DNA of 64,000 nucleotides, taken from a marine bacterium B5-7 (GTDB lineage Bacteria > Pseudomonadota > Gammaproteobacteria > Arenicellales > CAJQKF01). This document shows, one piece after another, positions 38,392 to 48,846 of this stretch. A program made the translations under genes and the position numbers. Within the stretch, counting starts at the first letter, position 1. Each line of letters opens with the position of its first letter. The stretch spans positions 24,282 to 88,281 of the forward strand of contig BQJD01000002.1 of the NCBI GenBank assembly GCA_021604525.1, read 5' to 3'. The notes below the pieces were generated by a model. It was not told the origin of the DNA and searched no databases. It was given only the letters and a program-made list of their open reading frames with translations.

Positions 38392-38556
38392 ATGTAATTG
38401 TTTTACCGTTCGTCGGCCACAGGTTTGACCTGATGGCCATTTGTCATTAATGTTCAACGTATTACGGTAAAGTTTAAGTAATTTTCGCGTGCTAGCCGAT
38501 CGCGCAGCCATAGGAGTGCAACATTATCGTTCGCCTCGAAAAACGTTTTACGGCTC

Positions 38557-40716
38557 GTGAGTCGCCAATGCGATAACATGAATATACTCACCCATTCCAC
38601 GCTCCGTGCCGTGTCACAACTGGTTAACCGGTTTCAATTGGCAGCGAGCAAAAATCTTGCCGAATTGGAGCAGGCAGTACTACGTCTTGTTGTCGGCGGG
38701 ATAATACTTGGCTGGGTCTTTTCTCACGGTCTGGTCGATCAGCTTCAGGACCGCCTGGCAGCAAGTGCCTTTCTCATTGTCGCAACCGGCATATTGATTT
38801 CCCTGCTGCTACAACCGGCGGCCAGTCATGCACGGCGGGTTCTTGCCATTGTTCTTGATATGGCATGCATCACCTACGCCATGCATATAAGCGGACGTCT
38901 CGGCGCACCGGTATTTTTCGCATTTATTTTCGTCACTATCGGCAACGGTTTCAGATTCGGCAATCCATTTCTATTCGTTGCTCTGGCTCTCGGACTGGCA
39001 GGGTTTTCCGTGGTGGTATGGTTTGGCGATTACTGGCGAGCCAATCTGCCCTTTGTCGCAGGCGTTGCCGTCAGCATGCTGATTATTCCCCTGTATGCGG
39101 CAAAATTAATATCGCGCCTGGCCGAAGCGCGTCAGCGTGCAGAACAGGCCAATATCGCCAAAAGTAATTTTGTCGCCAACATGAGTCACGAAATTCGAAC
39201 ACCACTTAATGGTGTCATTGGATTAAGTGACCTCCTGAATAGTACACGGCTCGACAAGGAACAGCAGGAACTCGTCAGCACCATTCAAACATCGGCACAT
39301 ACATTGTTGTACCTGGTTAACGACATACTCGATTTTTCCAAGATTGAAGCGGGCCTCGCCAACAGTGTTAAACGGGAATTCGATCTACGTGCACTGGTAT
39401 CGACTACCAGTCAGATGCTGCGTCCCCAGGCTACCGAAAAGGAAGTTATTCTTAAAAGTAATATCGATTCGACGATACCGGAGTATCTGATAGGTGACGA
39501 CGATCACCTTCGGCAGGTATTGGTTAATCTGATTGGTAATGCCATCAAGTTCACTGACGAGGGTGAAGTTGAAGTACGCGTCATGCGTGAAAGCGGCGAA
39601 GATTTAGAACGGATTCGTTTTGAAGTGATCGACACCGGCATTGGTATTGCCCAGATCGATCAACAGCGCATTTTCGAAAGCTTCCAGCAAGTCGATAACT
39701 CAATGGCGCGTCGTTTTGAGGGAACCGGCCTTGGGGTCACCATCTCCAAACAACTGATCGAACTCATGGGGGGCTTACTGCATCTGCAAAGCTCTCCTGG
39801 CCATGGATCAAGATTCTGGTTCACCCTTGAGTTTGACGAATGTGCAGGTGAGGTTACAGAGCGTGCAGCCAGCAAGAGTGGCAACGTCGTTTTATTTAAT
39901 CGACCCCCATCGCAAAGCGGCAAAGGTAAATCACTAACGATTCTGGTGGCCGAAGATAATGCGGTGAATCGGAAAGTAACATCGATGATCCTTGAGAACG
40001 CCGGACATCAAGTGCAAATGGTATCTAACGGTGCCCAGGCGCTCGAGGCACTTGAGATTCGCGAATACGATCTTGCCATAGTCGATATGCACATGCCGGT
40101 CATGGGCGGTCTGGACGCTATCAAGAATTACCGGATGGTTAATCATATGAAGCGGCGGCTGGTGCCATTTCTGGTGCTGACTGCAAACGCCACCGTCGAT
40201 GCGCGACAGATGTGCCATGATGCCGGGGCGGATGCCTTTCTCACCAAGCCGGTGGATTCCGCATTACTGCTCGATCACGTCATGCAATTGTCAGGATTGT
40301 CCGGTAACGATAGTCGCGGCACAGCCCGGTCCGGGGTTAACCTTGATGAGATTTTCGATCCTGATGTATTAATGGAGCTCGATGCAATTCGCAAGCGACC
40401 GGAGGCTTTGCGCGAACTGATCAACCTGTTTCGCACCGACGCCAGCGAATTGCTGCATCGTCTTCAAGATTCCGTCAGGCGTGGCAGCATTCAGGATTTC
40501 AAGGAAGAGGCCCACGCTTTAAAAGGCAGTGCCGCCAATGTTGGGGCCAATCGAATCGCACAGTGCTGTAACCAGGCTGGCGCCATCAAGCCCGGTGAGC
40601 TAAGTCAACGAGGGCCGGAAATACTCGAGACTCTCGGTAACGAATTTACCCGCTTCGAAACCACCTTCAAAGAATACTTCGAACAAGAAATCGAAGGACG
40701 TCATCTACCCAATTGA
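38557..40716 (+). CDS. Hybrid sensor histidine kinase with RpfC-like architecture: 5-6 TM sensor, HisKA/HATPase, REC, HPt
   Basis: 719 aa. The N-terminal ~190 aa consist of closely spaced hydrophobic helices with short loops. H-box [11 protein letters not shown], ATPase motifs ([18 protein letters not shown]), REC (ILVAEDN...LAIVDMHMP), HPt ([14 protein letters not shown]). The start is GTG 38557 or ATG 38578. Confidence 0.85.
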   Translation: MSRQCDNMNILTHSTLRAVSQLVNRFQLAASKNLAELEQAVLRLVVGGIILGWVFSHGLVDQLQDRLAASAFLIVATGILISLLLQPAASHARRVLAIVLDMACITYAMHISGRLGAPVFFAFIFVTIGNGFRFGNPFLFVALALGLAGFSVVVWFGDYWRANLPFVAGVAVSMLIIPLYAAKLISRLAEARQRAEQANIAKSNFVANMSHEIRTPLNGVIGLSDLLNSTRLDKEQQELVSTIQTSAHTLLYLVNDILDFSKIEAGLANSVKREFDLRALVSTTSQMLRPQATEKEVILKSNIDSTIPEYLIGDDDHLRQVLVNLIGNAIKFTDEGEVEVRVMRESGEDLERIRFEVIDTGIGIAQIDQQRIFESFQQVDNSMARRFEGTGLGVTISKQLIELMGGLLHLQSSPGHGSRFWFTLEFDECAGEVTERAASKSGNVVLFNRPPSQSGKGKSLTILVAEDNAVNRKVTSMILENAGHQVQMVSNGAQALEALEIREYDLAIVDMHMPVMGGLDAIKNYRMVNHMKRRLVPFLVLTANATVDARQMCHDAGADAFLTKPVDSALLLDHVMQLSGLSGNDSRGTARSGVNLDEIFDPDVLMELDAIRKRPEALRELINLFRTDASELLHRLQDSVRRGSIQDFKEEAHALKGSAANVGANRIAQCCNQAGAIKPGELSQRGPEILETLGNEFTRFETTFKEYFEQEIEGRHLPN

Positions 40717-40812
40717 ATCGTATGGACAAGCAACCCTGACGCCGATCCGGGTGCTTGTAAATTTGTGACTGAAGCTTTGATGTTTTCCTGGTCCATTCGC
40801 ATTTCAATCAGA

Positions 40813-41259
40813 TCAGTCTTCAAGCAGTAGCGAATCAATTTCATCAGGATGTATGTGATCCTCGCTGAACACGCGTCCGGCAACCGATATCCCCGCATCG
40901 ACAACGGTCCGACGATTGCCTGAAACAAGTGGATGCCACCACGACAGTTTGCGACCTTCAGACAGAACACGATAGGCGCAGGTCATTGGTAACCAGTAGT
41001 ACTTGTCGCGGTCAAGCCTGGCTATCGACAGACAACCCTTCACTCTGGACAGGCGGTTGGCATAGTCACCGCAACGACAGGTGCCGGTATCGAGTAGCCG
41101 GCATGCAGCGCGAGTATAAAATACCTTGCGATCCGGTTCCTCGAAACGAACCAGGCAACATCGGCCACAGCCATCGCACAATGACTCCCATTGACACTCA
41201 CTCATGTCGTCTAGAGTGGTTGTCTCCCAGAATCTTTCTGTGTGGTTACATTCTGACAT
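40813..41259 (-). CDS. ycgN: YcgN/UPF0260-family cysteine-cluster protein
   Basis: 148 aa. Motifs FWETTTLDDMSECQWESLCDGCGRCCL, CRLLDTGTCRCGDY, and WLPMTCAYRVLSEGRKLSWWHPLVSG. Confidence 0.8.
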   Translation of the reverse strand: MSECNHTERFWETTTLDDMSECQWESLCDGCGRCCLVRFEEPDRKVFYTRAACRLLDTGTCRCGDYANRLSRVKGCLSIARLDRDKYYWLPMTCAYRVLSEGRKLSWWHPLVSGNRRTVVDAGISVAGRVFSEDHIHPDEIDSLLLED

Positions 41260-41286
41260 TAGCCGGTTCGCTGTTTTACAAATACG

Positions 41287-42426
41287 TTACTGATTAAATC
41301 TTGCAGATGTACGTGCCATGAACATCATGATTGCAGCACCAGCAAGGGCAATAGTAGTCATCGCCCAGAAACTCTCGCCATGATACAGGGCATAAACCCT
41401 GCCCGAAAAGAACGCAACGATGCCCATTGAAAGCCCCATCACCATCATGGAATAAAGCGCCACTGCGTCCGCTGATAACGATTCGTCAACGCTGGTCGAC
41501 AAGAACCGCATGGCGCCCAGATGGGTCATTCCAAATGACGCGCCATGTAATGCCTGGATAAGAAAGACCAGCGGCATCGTCGTTACCATCGGCATGAAAG
41601 TCCAGCGTATTGCCGCAGCGGCTCCACCAATAGACATAATCTGTAAGGGGTTAAGTTTTCTCGACAATCCCGCCGCGAAGATGAATACCCCGATCTCCAC
41701 AATGATGCCTTCAGCCCACAATAATCCAATAGTGGATTCACCGATACCGATGGATGTCCAGTATATCGACCCGAAGCCATAGAACATCACATGACTCGAC
41801 TGAATCAGACCGGCAGCAAGTAAAACCAATGGCAGGTTCGGTACCTTGAGCAAGACGCGGAGCCTGAATCCGCGTCTTGATTCGGTCTCTTGCCGCCTGC
41901 CCGGCAGTATCAAAGTCATACAAAAAACGGCCAGCAGTAAGCCCGCCAGAATTGACTGCACCCGGTCAATCGGGCCGTTCTCGACAACACGGCCGACAAC
42001 AATCGTTGTCAACATGAAACCGATCGAGCCCCATACACGTACCCGTCCGTAATCAACGTACCCCTTTCTCGCCTGGCTCAAGGCAATATGTTCGGTTGTT
42101 GGCAAAACCGGCACCCAGAAGGCGAGAAAAGCAAGTTGCACCAACACCAGTGTCGAGAGTGTCAGGGTGAGGTTGAATAATTGAAATATTGCGCAGACTA
42201 TCACCAGCGTTATCGACAAAGTGATGTGGGTGCCAAATCGGTTTGCGACACTTCGAAATAATGGATTGACGGCCACCTTTGCAACAAAGCCAAAGGCCAG
42301 AACCTGGCCGAGGAGTGCATCATCGAAACCGTTGGCTTTAAGCCATAACGGCCAGTAAGGCATCTGCACTCCAATGTAGCCGAAGACAAGTGCGTAGAAT
42401 AAGGACAAGCGAAAGGCAATGAACAT
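41287..42426 (-). CDS. MFS transporter (3-phenylpropionate/HcaT-like PPP subfamily)
   Basis: 379 aa with ~12 TM segments. The N-terminus FRLSLFYALVFGYIGVQMPYWPLWLKANGF is typical of this subfamily. Confidence 0.7.
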   Translation of the reverse strand: MFIAFRLSLFYALVFGYIGVQMPYWPLWLKANGFDDALLGQVLAFGFVAKVAVNPLFRSVANRFGTHITLSITLVIVCAIFQLFNLTLTLSTLVLVQLAFLAFWVPVLPTTEHIALSQARKGYVDYGRVRVWGSIGFMLTTIVVGRVVENGPIDRVQSILAGLLLAVFCMTLILPGRRQETESRRGFRLRVLLKVPNLPLVLLAAGLIQSSHVMFYGFGSIYWTSIGIGESTIGLLWAEGIIVEIGVFIFAAGLSRKLNPLQIMSIGGAAAAIRWTFMPMVTTMPLVFLIQALHGASFGMTHLGAMRFLSTSVDESLSADAVALYSMMVMGLSMGIVAFFSGRVYALYHGESFWAMTTIALAGAAIMMFMARTSARFNQ

Positions 42427-42575
42427 GGGCGGTGAACAGATTCAGGCAGTCCATGGTAACAGCCGATCATATCGCGCGGCAGGGTCAATATTTATTCTGA
42501 TAAGACGAGGTGTCAGCTTGACCTGTCGATCATGATGTATATGATTCGCCCCTTATCATCTCAATGGAGCCATCC

Positions 42576-43598
42576 ATGGCGTTCCTCTTCGAATACGGCC
42601 TGTTTTTGGCCAAAGCAATAACCTTGTCCGTACTTGTCATCGTAACGGTGGGTGCAGTTCTGGCCATGTCTACACGCCTGCGCGGTACAGGTGGCGACGG
42701 CATCGAGATTACCCGTTTAAACGACAAGTATCGCGACATGACCCATGCGCTCAAAAGTGCGATATCGACGAAAGTCGAATCGAAACAGCGCGCCAGGGAA
42801 GAGAAGAAGGCAGCAAAGAAACGCGCCAAGGGCCTGGGCGACAAGCGCGGACGCACCTATGTAATCGATTTTTCAGGGGATATCCGCGGCACCCACGTCA
42901 GCGGGTTGCGTGAGGAAATCACCGCCATCCTGACTGCCGCTGTCGATGGCGACGAGGTAATCATCAATGTCGACAGCGGTGGCGGCATGGTCAATGCCTA
43001 TGGACTCGCCGCATCACAATTGCAGCGAATTCGTGCACGCGAGATCCCACTGACGGTGTGTGTGGACAAGGTCGCTGCCAGCGGCGGTTACCTGATGGCC
43101 TGCGTGGCTAATCATATCGTTGCGGCACCGTTTGCCATCATCGGCTCCATCGGCGTCATTGCCCAGCTACCCAATGTGAACAAATTATTAAAAAAACACG
43201 GCGTTGAATTCGAACAGATTGCCGCTGGAGAATACAAACGCACACTCACATTATTTGGTGAAAATACTGATCGCGACCGCGAAAAAATGCAGCAGGACAT
43301 CACCGAAACACATGAATTATTCAAGAATTTCGTCAGCCAGCACCGTCCCGGTCTTGATATTGAAACGGTCGCGACAGGAGAATACTGGCTTGGAACACGC
43401 GCCGCTGAGCTTGGATTGGTGGACGAGATCGGCACCAGCGACGATCTGTTATTGACCGCCAGTGTCAACCGCGACATCCTGAAGATTACCTATAAGCCGA
43501 AACAAAGTTTGATACAGAAAATCAGCGGCGCTTCGGCAAAGCTTGTTGCGCGTCTCGGTGCGCGGGCACCGGCCGACGATCCGCATTTACTGGTATGA
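42576..43598 (+). CDS. sohB: Inner-membrane S49 peptidase SohB
   Basis: MAFLFEYGLFLAKAITL... N-terminal anchor. S49 motifs VDKVAASGGYLMACVA and IGSIGV, with a K-rich linker. Confidence 0.85.
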   Translation: MAFLFEYGLFLAKAITLSVLVIVTVGAVLAMSTRLRGTGGDGIEITRLNDKYRDMTHALKSAISTKVESKQRAREEKKAAKKRAKGLGDKRGRTYVIDFSGDIRGTHVSGLREEITAILTAAVDGDEVIINVDSGGGMVNAYGLAASQLQRIRAREIPLTVCVDKVAASGGYLMACVANHIVAAPFAIIGSIGVIAQLPNVNKLLKKHGVEFEQIAAGEYKRTLTLFGENTDRDREKMQQDITETHELFKNFVSQHRPGLDIETVATGEYWLGTRAAELGLVDEIGTSDDLLLTASVNRDILKITYKPKQSLIQKISGASAKLVARLGARAPADDPHLLV

Positions 43599-44132
43599 GT
43601 GATGATCTATCGTTTCGAAAACCATACTCCCAAAATTAACCCCGATGCTTTCGTTGCGGACAGTGCGGATATTATCGGTCAGGTTGAGATACTCGCTGGT
43701 GCCAGCATCTGGTTCAACTGTGTTTTACGTGGTGACAATGACCTTATTCATATCGGCCGCAACAGCAATATTCAGGATGGTTCAGTCATTCATACCGACA
43801 AAGGTAGTGAAGTTCGTATCGCCGAACATGTCACCGCCGGTCACCGGGTAGTCCTGCACGGTTGTCAGGTCGCAAGCCACTGCCTGATCGGCATAAATAG
43901 CGTACTACTCAACGATGTCGAGGTAGAGTCCTGGTGCCTGATCGGTGCCAATGCCCTGGTAACCGGTGGCCAACGTATTCCGGAACGCTCACTGGTTCTT
44001 GGCTCCCCCGCGAAAGTGGTACGTACACTCACCGATGCAGAATGTCGGCTGATCGAAGAATCCTCACAATCCTACGCAAATAAATCTGTCCGTTTCCCGA
44101 GCGATCTGGAAGCGATCATTAGTCGTGAATAA
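43599..44132 (+). CDS. Gamma-carbonic-anhydrase-like hexapeptide-repeat protein (YrdA/PaaY family)
   Basis: 177 aa. Motifs P.I...AFVADSADIIGQVEI..GASIWFNCVLRGD...I.IG..SNIQDGSVIH. Confidence 0.8.
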   Translation: MMIYRFENHTPKINPDAFVADSADIIGQVEILAGASIWFNCVLRGDNDLIHIGRNSNIQDGSVIHTDKGSEVRIAEHVTAGHRVVLHGCQVASHCLIGINSVLLNDVEVESWCLIGANALVTGGQRIPERSLVLGSPAKVVRTLTDAECRLIEESSQSYANKSVRFPSDLEAIISRE

Positions 44133-44209
44133 TCAGTCATTATTCGCTGACCAGCGGTCGCTGGACATACAATATCAGTACTTGCCGCATTAGCTCGGAT
44201 CACCTGACA

Positions 44210-45064
44210 GTGAAGTTCTTCAACATCCCTGAACAGGCAGCAAGCTGGTGTGAGTCAGAGCGTGACAGGGCGCGGACCATCGGTCTGGTGCCGACCATGG
44301 GGGCACTCCATGAGGGGCATTTGTCGCTGGTCGAGCAGGCATTGGCTGAAAACGATTTATGTGTCGTCAGCATTTTCGTTAACCCTCTGCAGTTTAATGA
44401 AGCAAGCGACTACGAGGCTTATCCACGGGACATCGATACCGATCTGAACTTGCTGAAGCAATATGGCTGCAGCATGACATTTACCGGATCACTGAGTGAT
44501 TTCTTTGATGGTGCAAAGAACCCCGGCGATATCCCGCTACTCGATCCGGGTCCATTTGCCCAAGGACTCGAAAGCGAACATCGACCTGGACACTTTGCCG
44601 GTGTCCGCACCATTGTTGCACGCCTGTTTCAAACGGTGCGACCGGATCGGGCATACTTTGGCGAAAAGGATTATCAGCAAACCCTGATAATTACCGATCT
44701 CGCCGGGCAACTGGGCTATCCGGAAGTTGTCGTATGTCCAACCCTTCGCGAGCACGATGGTCTGGCCATGTCGTCACGAAATCGTCGCCTGAAGCCCGCA
44801 GAGCGGGCCGAGGCAGCGGGCATATACCGAGCGCTTTGTGCCGCACGCACAGCCTGGTTAAGCGGGCAACGACACCCTGCCATACTCTCGGCAAGAATGC
44901 ATGAAGTGCTTAAGACGACCTCGCTCGAAGTAGAGTACGCAGAAGTGCGTGACCCCAATAACTGGAATGCAGTCAATGGCGAGGCCATGACCGGTACCGC
45001 CAGGGCGTTGATTGCAGTGCGCTGCGGCGAGGTCCGCCTGATAGACAATCTCGAACTCGCCTGA
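44210..45064 (+). CDS. panC: Pantoate--beta-alanine ligase
   Basis: 284 aa. Motifs GLVPTMGALHEGHLSLV, VSIFVNPLQF, HFAGVRTIV, YFGEKDYQQ, GLAMSSRN. Confidence 0.9.
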   Translation: MKFFNIPEQAASWCESERDRARTIGLVPTMGALHEGHLSLVEQALAENDLCVVSIFVNPLQFNEASDYEAYPRDIDTDLNLLKQYGCSMTFTGSLSDFFDGAKNPGDIPLLDPGPFAQGLESEHRPGHFAGVRTIVARLFQTVRPDRAYFGEKDYQQTLIITDLAGQLGYPEVVVCPTLREHDGLAMSSRNRRLKPAERAEAAGIYRALCAARTAWLSGQRHPAILSARMHEVLKTTSLEVEYAEVRDPNNWNAVNGEAMTGTARALIAVRCGEVRLIDNLELA

Positions 45065-45254
45065 CACCTGAGCTCGCACCTCCCTCTTTAACAACAAAAT
45101 TAAAAAGTTATTTGCGGCGCAAAGGCTGATTTCATGACGCCACTGCGTTGGCGCGACATCATCGTCACACACGGCGACATGTCAATACCCAGCTCTATCG
45201 ACAGACCAATGGGTTGCCTAATACAGTAGCGCGTATTCCAGGTAGAGCACGACC

Positions 45255-46415
45255 ATGCAGGCAACTTTCGACAAGATTCAGGCAAGTACCCTCGGTGAGG
45301 GTGGGCTGCCTAACGAAGTCTATACTTCAGATGGCTTTTTCAAATGGGAGCGGGATCACCTGTTCGCGTCGCGCTGGTTTGGTATAGGTTTCAGTGCAGA
45401 TGTTCCAGAGCCGGGTGATATCCACCGGGTCGATGTACTCGGTGCTTCACTATTGATTGTTCGTGGCGATGATCAACAGATTCGCGTTTTTCACAATGTC
45501 TGCAGACATCGTGGTCGGCAATTGCTTGACGAACCGTGTACCCGCGCGAAACTTATTCGCTGTCCTTATCACTCCTGGACCTACCGTCTCGATGGCACCT
45601 TATCCGGCACGCCGCACATCGGTGGGTCGGGTGTACATACAGTGGATAATTTCGACAAGAGTCGCTTCACCCTGTACGAAATCGCTGTATCTACCTGGCT
45701 CGATGTGGTTTTCATTAACCTCGATGGTCAAGCCGGACCCTTTGAAAATTTCATCAAGCCACTTGTCAAACGTCTTGAGCGGCTGTGGGGAACTGAGGGT
45801 CCTGCCGGCTTAACCCCGGCAAGGGACGGATTCACAGAAATGGAGGTCAAGAGCAACTGGAAGCTTGCGGTTGAAAATTATCTTGAAGCCTATCATTTGC
45901 CGATTGTTCACCCAGTCCTCAATCGTTACTCACCGTTATCGCAGCATTACGCATATCACGACGCAGCGGATTTTGCCGGACAGGGAGTGACCAGCTATCG
46001 GCCCGTCATAAACGGTGCCGAGCGTCTGCCGATTCTCAGCGGCTGGAAAGAAGAGTTAAAACACACTGCCGAGTATCCGTCAGTTTATCCGAATGTCTTG
46101 ATCGGCGTGCAGCACGACCATGTCTTCACCATGTTGCTGCTACCGCTCGCCAGTGACCGAACCCTCGAACGGGTGGAGCTTCAGTTTATTGACGAGGGCG
46201 CTACCGATAACGCATTCACAGACACTCGGTCGGCCATCCTTGAAGGCTGGCGAGGTGTGTTTCTGGAAGACGTGAGCGCAGTGGAAGGCATGCAGTATGG
46301 TCGATATTCGCAAGCGTTCGATGGTGGGGTATTTACACCGGTGCTGGATCTTGCCACCCGGCACTTCCATCGCTGGTATGCACAACATGTGAACGCAAAA
46401 ATAGAAGCGACGTGA
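45255..46415 (+). CDS. Rieske [2Fe-2S] non-haem iron oxygenase, alpha-subunit-like
   Basis: Rieske motif CRHRGRQL...CPYHSWTY, and an iron-site region NYLEAYHLPIVH. Confidence 0.8.
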   Translation: MQATFDKIQASTLGEGGLPNEVYTSDGFFKWERDHLFASRWFGIGFSADVPEPGDIHRVDVLGASLLIVRGDDQQIRVFHNVCRHRGRQLLDEPCTRAKLIRCPYHSWTYRLDGTLSGTPHIGGSGVHTVDNFDKSRFTLYEIAVSTWLDVVFINLDGQAGPFENFIKPLVKRLERLWGTEGPAGLTPARDGFTEMEVKSNWKLAVENYLEAYHLPIVHPVLNRYSPLSQHYAYHDAADFAGQGVTSYRPVINGAERLPILSGWKEELKHTAEYPSVYPNVLIGVQHDHVFTMLLLPLASDRTLERVELQFIDEGATDNAFTDTRSAILEGWRGVFLEDVSAVEGMQYGRYSQAFDGGVFTPVLDLATRHFHRWYAQHVNAKIEAT

Positions 46416-46488
46416 AGTTAACGGGTAATTGCTGAAAATGATTTGATGCCGTCAGCAATCGCCAATAATCAAATGCTGAATACAACAA

Positions 46489-46524
46489 CCCGGGATTCCG
46501 ATTCATACGGAATCCCGGGTTTTT
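46489..46524 (+). terminator. Rho-independent terminator downstream of the Rieske oxygenase gene
   Basis: CCCGGGATTCCG-attcata-CGGAATCCCGGG, a perfect 12-bp stem, followed by ttttt. Confidence 0.85.
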
Positions 46525-46558
46525 ATTGCTTCGCGGATACTATGGTTAATTGCCTTGA

Positions 46559-46954
46559 TTAATCAGGGCGAGCCGCAAAATCGCCACTACCCATAAACAG
46601 CAATGACAAGCCACCGAACAGATAACAAGCCTGAAGCTCAAGATCCCATCCGCCGGTCTGGTTAAGCAAGGTCAACTGGCCCATATGCACTAGAAAGATT
46701 GCGGCTGTCATGTTAATCGCAATCAACAGTCCGCCAATACGGGCGAACAACCCGATGATCACCATGATGGGGGCTAATACCTCACCTACGTAGACGCCGT
46801 AGGCAAGCAAATCCGGAAGCCCCATTTCGGCTACTTTGCCGGTAATAAAATCCATGCTGCCCGGGTTGGTAATCTTGTCGATACCGTGAAACAGCATGAG
46901 CCCGCCGAGCGATAACCTGAAGATCAATTTTCCCAGTGAGTCGGAAGCGTTCAT
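46559..46954 (-). CDS. DoxX-family membrane protein
   Basis: 131 aa with 4 TM segments. Motif LIFRLSLGGLMLFHGIDKI. Confidence 0.75.
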   Translation of the reverse strand: MNASDSLGKLIFRLSLGGLMLFHGIDKITNPGSMDFITGKVAEMGLPDLLAYGVYVGEVLAPIMVIIGLFARIGGLLIAINMTAAIFLVHMGQLTLLNQTGGWDLELQACYLFGGLSLLFMGSGDFAARPD

Positions 46955-47253
46955 AACTAAAATCTCCTGCCTTGCAAAACGTCACCACCTTGCGTTTATA
47001 TTTTTGTGGGCCGACCGTACGCGCCCGGCAATTATTTAATCACAGTCGCGGCAACAATCCTATCGCCGTACACGGTTAAGTATCAACAGGGGTATGATAC
47101 CCTCTTGTCAAAATGATGTAATTCATGCACATCATTCATGCAAAACCGGTATCAGGCGGGATAATCGTCGGTACTTGGCCGCATAGAGCATATTTATGGA
47201 ATTTATAATGTCACACGAAGCTTTTTTTCGCTTCAGAAGCTGAGGATCCAAGG

Positions 47254-48780
47254 ATGAAGACACTCCGGGTCATTCTTGTCAAACCAAGCAAGTATGCCAG
47301 GGACGGTGCCGTTGAACGGTTTGATCGGGGCTTTATGCCAAACGCAAGCCTCTACCATATCGCATCCCTGACCCCCACTGATATCGACGCAACCCGCATC
47401 GAGTTGCACACCGTGGATGAGTACGTCCGTGCCAATCTTGACTACCTGAAACTGCTATACAAAACTCCCGGCGCAACCACCCTGCTGGCATTTGTGGGTG
47501 TGCAATCGCATCAGTTTCACCGGGCGCTGGATCTGGCCGCCTTCGCCCGCCGTAACGGCGTCGAGCATTGCATTATTGGTGGACCCCATGCGATGACCTG
47601 CGATACTCGCGAAATGCAGGGTCGGGGCATCAGTTTCGCCTTGGGTGAAGCGGAAGTGGTCTGGCACGAAGTATTGTCAGATGCTGCCCGTGGACAGCTA
47701 AAAGACGTCTATAGCTCGGGTCTACGCTGGCAAAAACAACTCGACGGCGCAGTAGTCACACCGCCGAATATTGATGAACTCAATCGCTATGTTTTGCCCA
47801 TGCTTGGTTTGTACCCTGTTCGCGGTTGCCCCTACCGTTGCAACTACTGTTCAGTTGTAAAGATTGCCGGCCATCCGGTGCGCAGTACGGCGATTGAAAC
47901 CACTATGGAGAGCCTGCGCCGCGCTCGTGATGGCGGTGTGCGCTATATCGCCTTCGTGTCGGATAACTTCAACAAGTATCCCCAGGTGGCCGAACTACTC
48001 GAAGCCATGATCGATGCCAACCTTGGTCTGCGCTTTTTCTGCCAGTGCGATACCCATGTCGTCAACCAGCCGGAACTGTTCGATTTACTCAGGCGAGCCA
48101 ACTGTTTCGAGATGTTTATCGGTGTGGAATCATTTAATCGCGAAACCCTGAAGGCGGCAAACAAGTTTCACAACTACCCGAAAAAATATCAAACACTGGC
48201 GGCACTGTGTCGCGACAACGGAATACGCGCGCACTTCTCAAATATCATAGGATTTCCCGAAGATTCCAGGCAAAGCATTCGCGGCGGCCTCGAAATTCTC
48301 AAGGGCTTGAATCCGCAAGTGGCATCGTTCTACGTGCTGACGCCGATTCCCGGCACCGAGCAATACGACGACTACCGGGCCCGCGACCTGATCACCGAAA
48401 CGAATCTGGATCGCTTCGATACGACCTGCTCGGTATGGCGTCATCCGAGCATGTCAGCGAACGAGCTGGAAGACATGTTGTACGAGTGCTATATCGATTA
48501 CTATCGCCACTTGATGCACCAGAAGAACACGGTGGATGAATTTCCCGAATTCACCGTGTTCTGTCGTTACGTCGCCTCACAGCGAATTCATCCCATGGCA
48601 GGCGGTACCGGACGACTCGTTCTTGATCAGGTAAGCGACTACATCGACCTGCGGAAAAATCTCTACGGCTTCGAGCACGCCAGCCTGCCGGACAGCCTCG
48701 GCTTGTCTCCGGAAGATGAATCGTTTAATCGCAGCAGCGATTGGCGCAAGTCCGATAGCAGCGCTGTGGCCACCATCTGA
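47254..48780 (+). CDS. B12-binding-domain radical SAM protein
   Basis: 508 aa. The N-terminal Rossmann-like B12-binding region (LRVILVKPS..., FVGVQSHQF, IIGGPHAM) is followed by the CxxxCxxC cluster GCPYRCNYCS. Confidence 0.75.
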   Translation: MKTLRVILVKPSKYARDGAVERFDRGFMPNASLYHIASLTPTDIDATRIELHTVDEYVRANLDYLKLLYKTPGATTLLAFVGVQSHQFHRALDLAAFARRNGVEHCIIGGPHAMTCDTREMQGRGISFALGEAEVVWHEVLSDAARGQLKDVYSSGLRWQKQLDGAVVTPPNIDELNRYVLPMLGLYPVRGCPYRCNYCSVVKIAGHPVRSTAIETTMESLRRARDGGVRYIAFVSDNFNKYPQVAELLEAMIDANLGLRFFCQCDTHVVNQPELFDLLRRANCFEMFIGVESFNRETLKAANKFHNYPKKYQTLAALCRDNGIRAHFSNIIGFPEDSRQSIRGGLEILKGLNPQVASFYVLTPIPGTEQYDDYRARDLITETNLDRFDTTCSVWRHPSMSANELEDMLYECYIDYYRHLMHQKNTVDEFPEFTVFCRYVASQRIHPMAGGTGRLVLDQVSDYIDLRKNLYGFEHASLPDSLGLSPEDESFNRSSDWRKSDSSAVATI

Positions 48781-48808
48781 CATCCATGCCGACAGCCAGC
48801 CGGTGTGC

Positions 48809-48841
48809 CTGGATCCTGACTCAAAATGTACCAGGATCCAG
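48809..48841. other. 10-bp perfect stem-loop between convergent genes (possible bidirectional terminator element, no T-run)
   Basis: ctggatcctg-N13-caggatccag, read from the sequence. Confidence 0.4.
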
Positions 48842-48846
48842 TCAGG

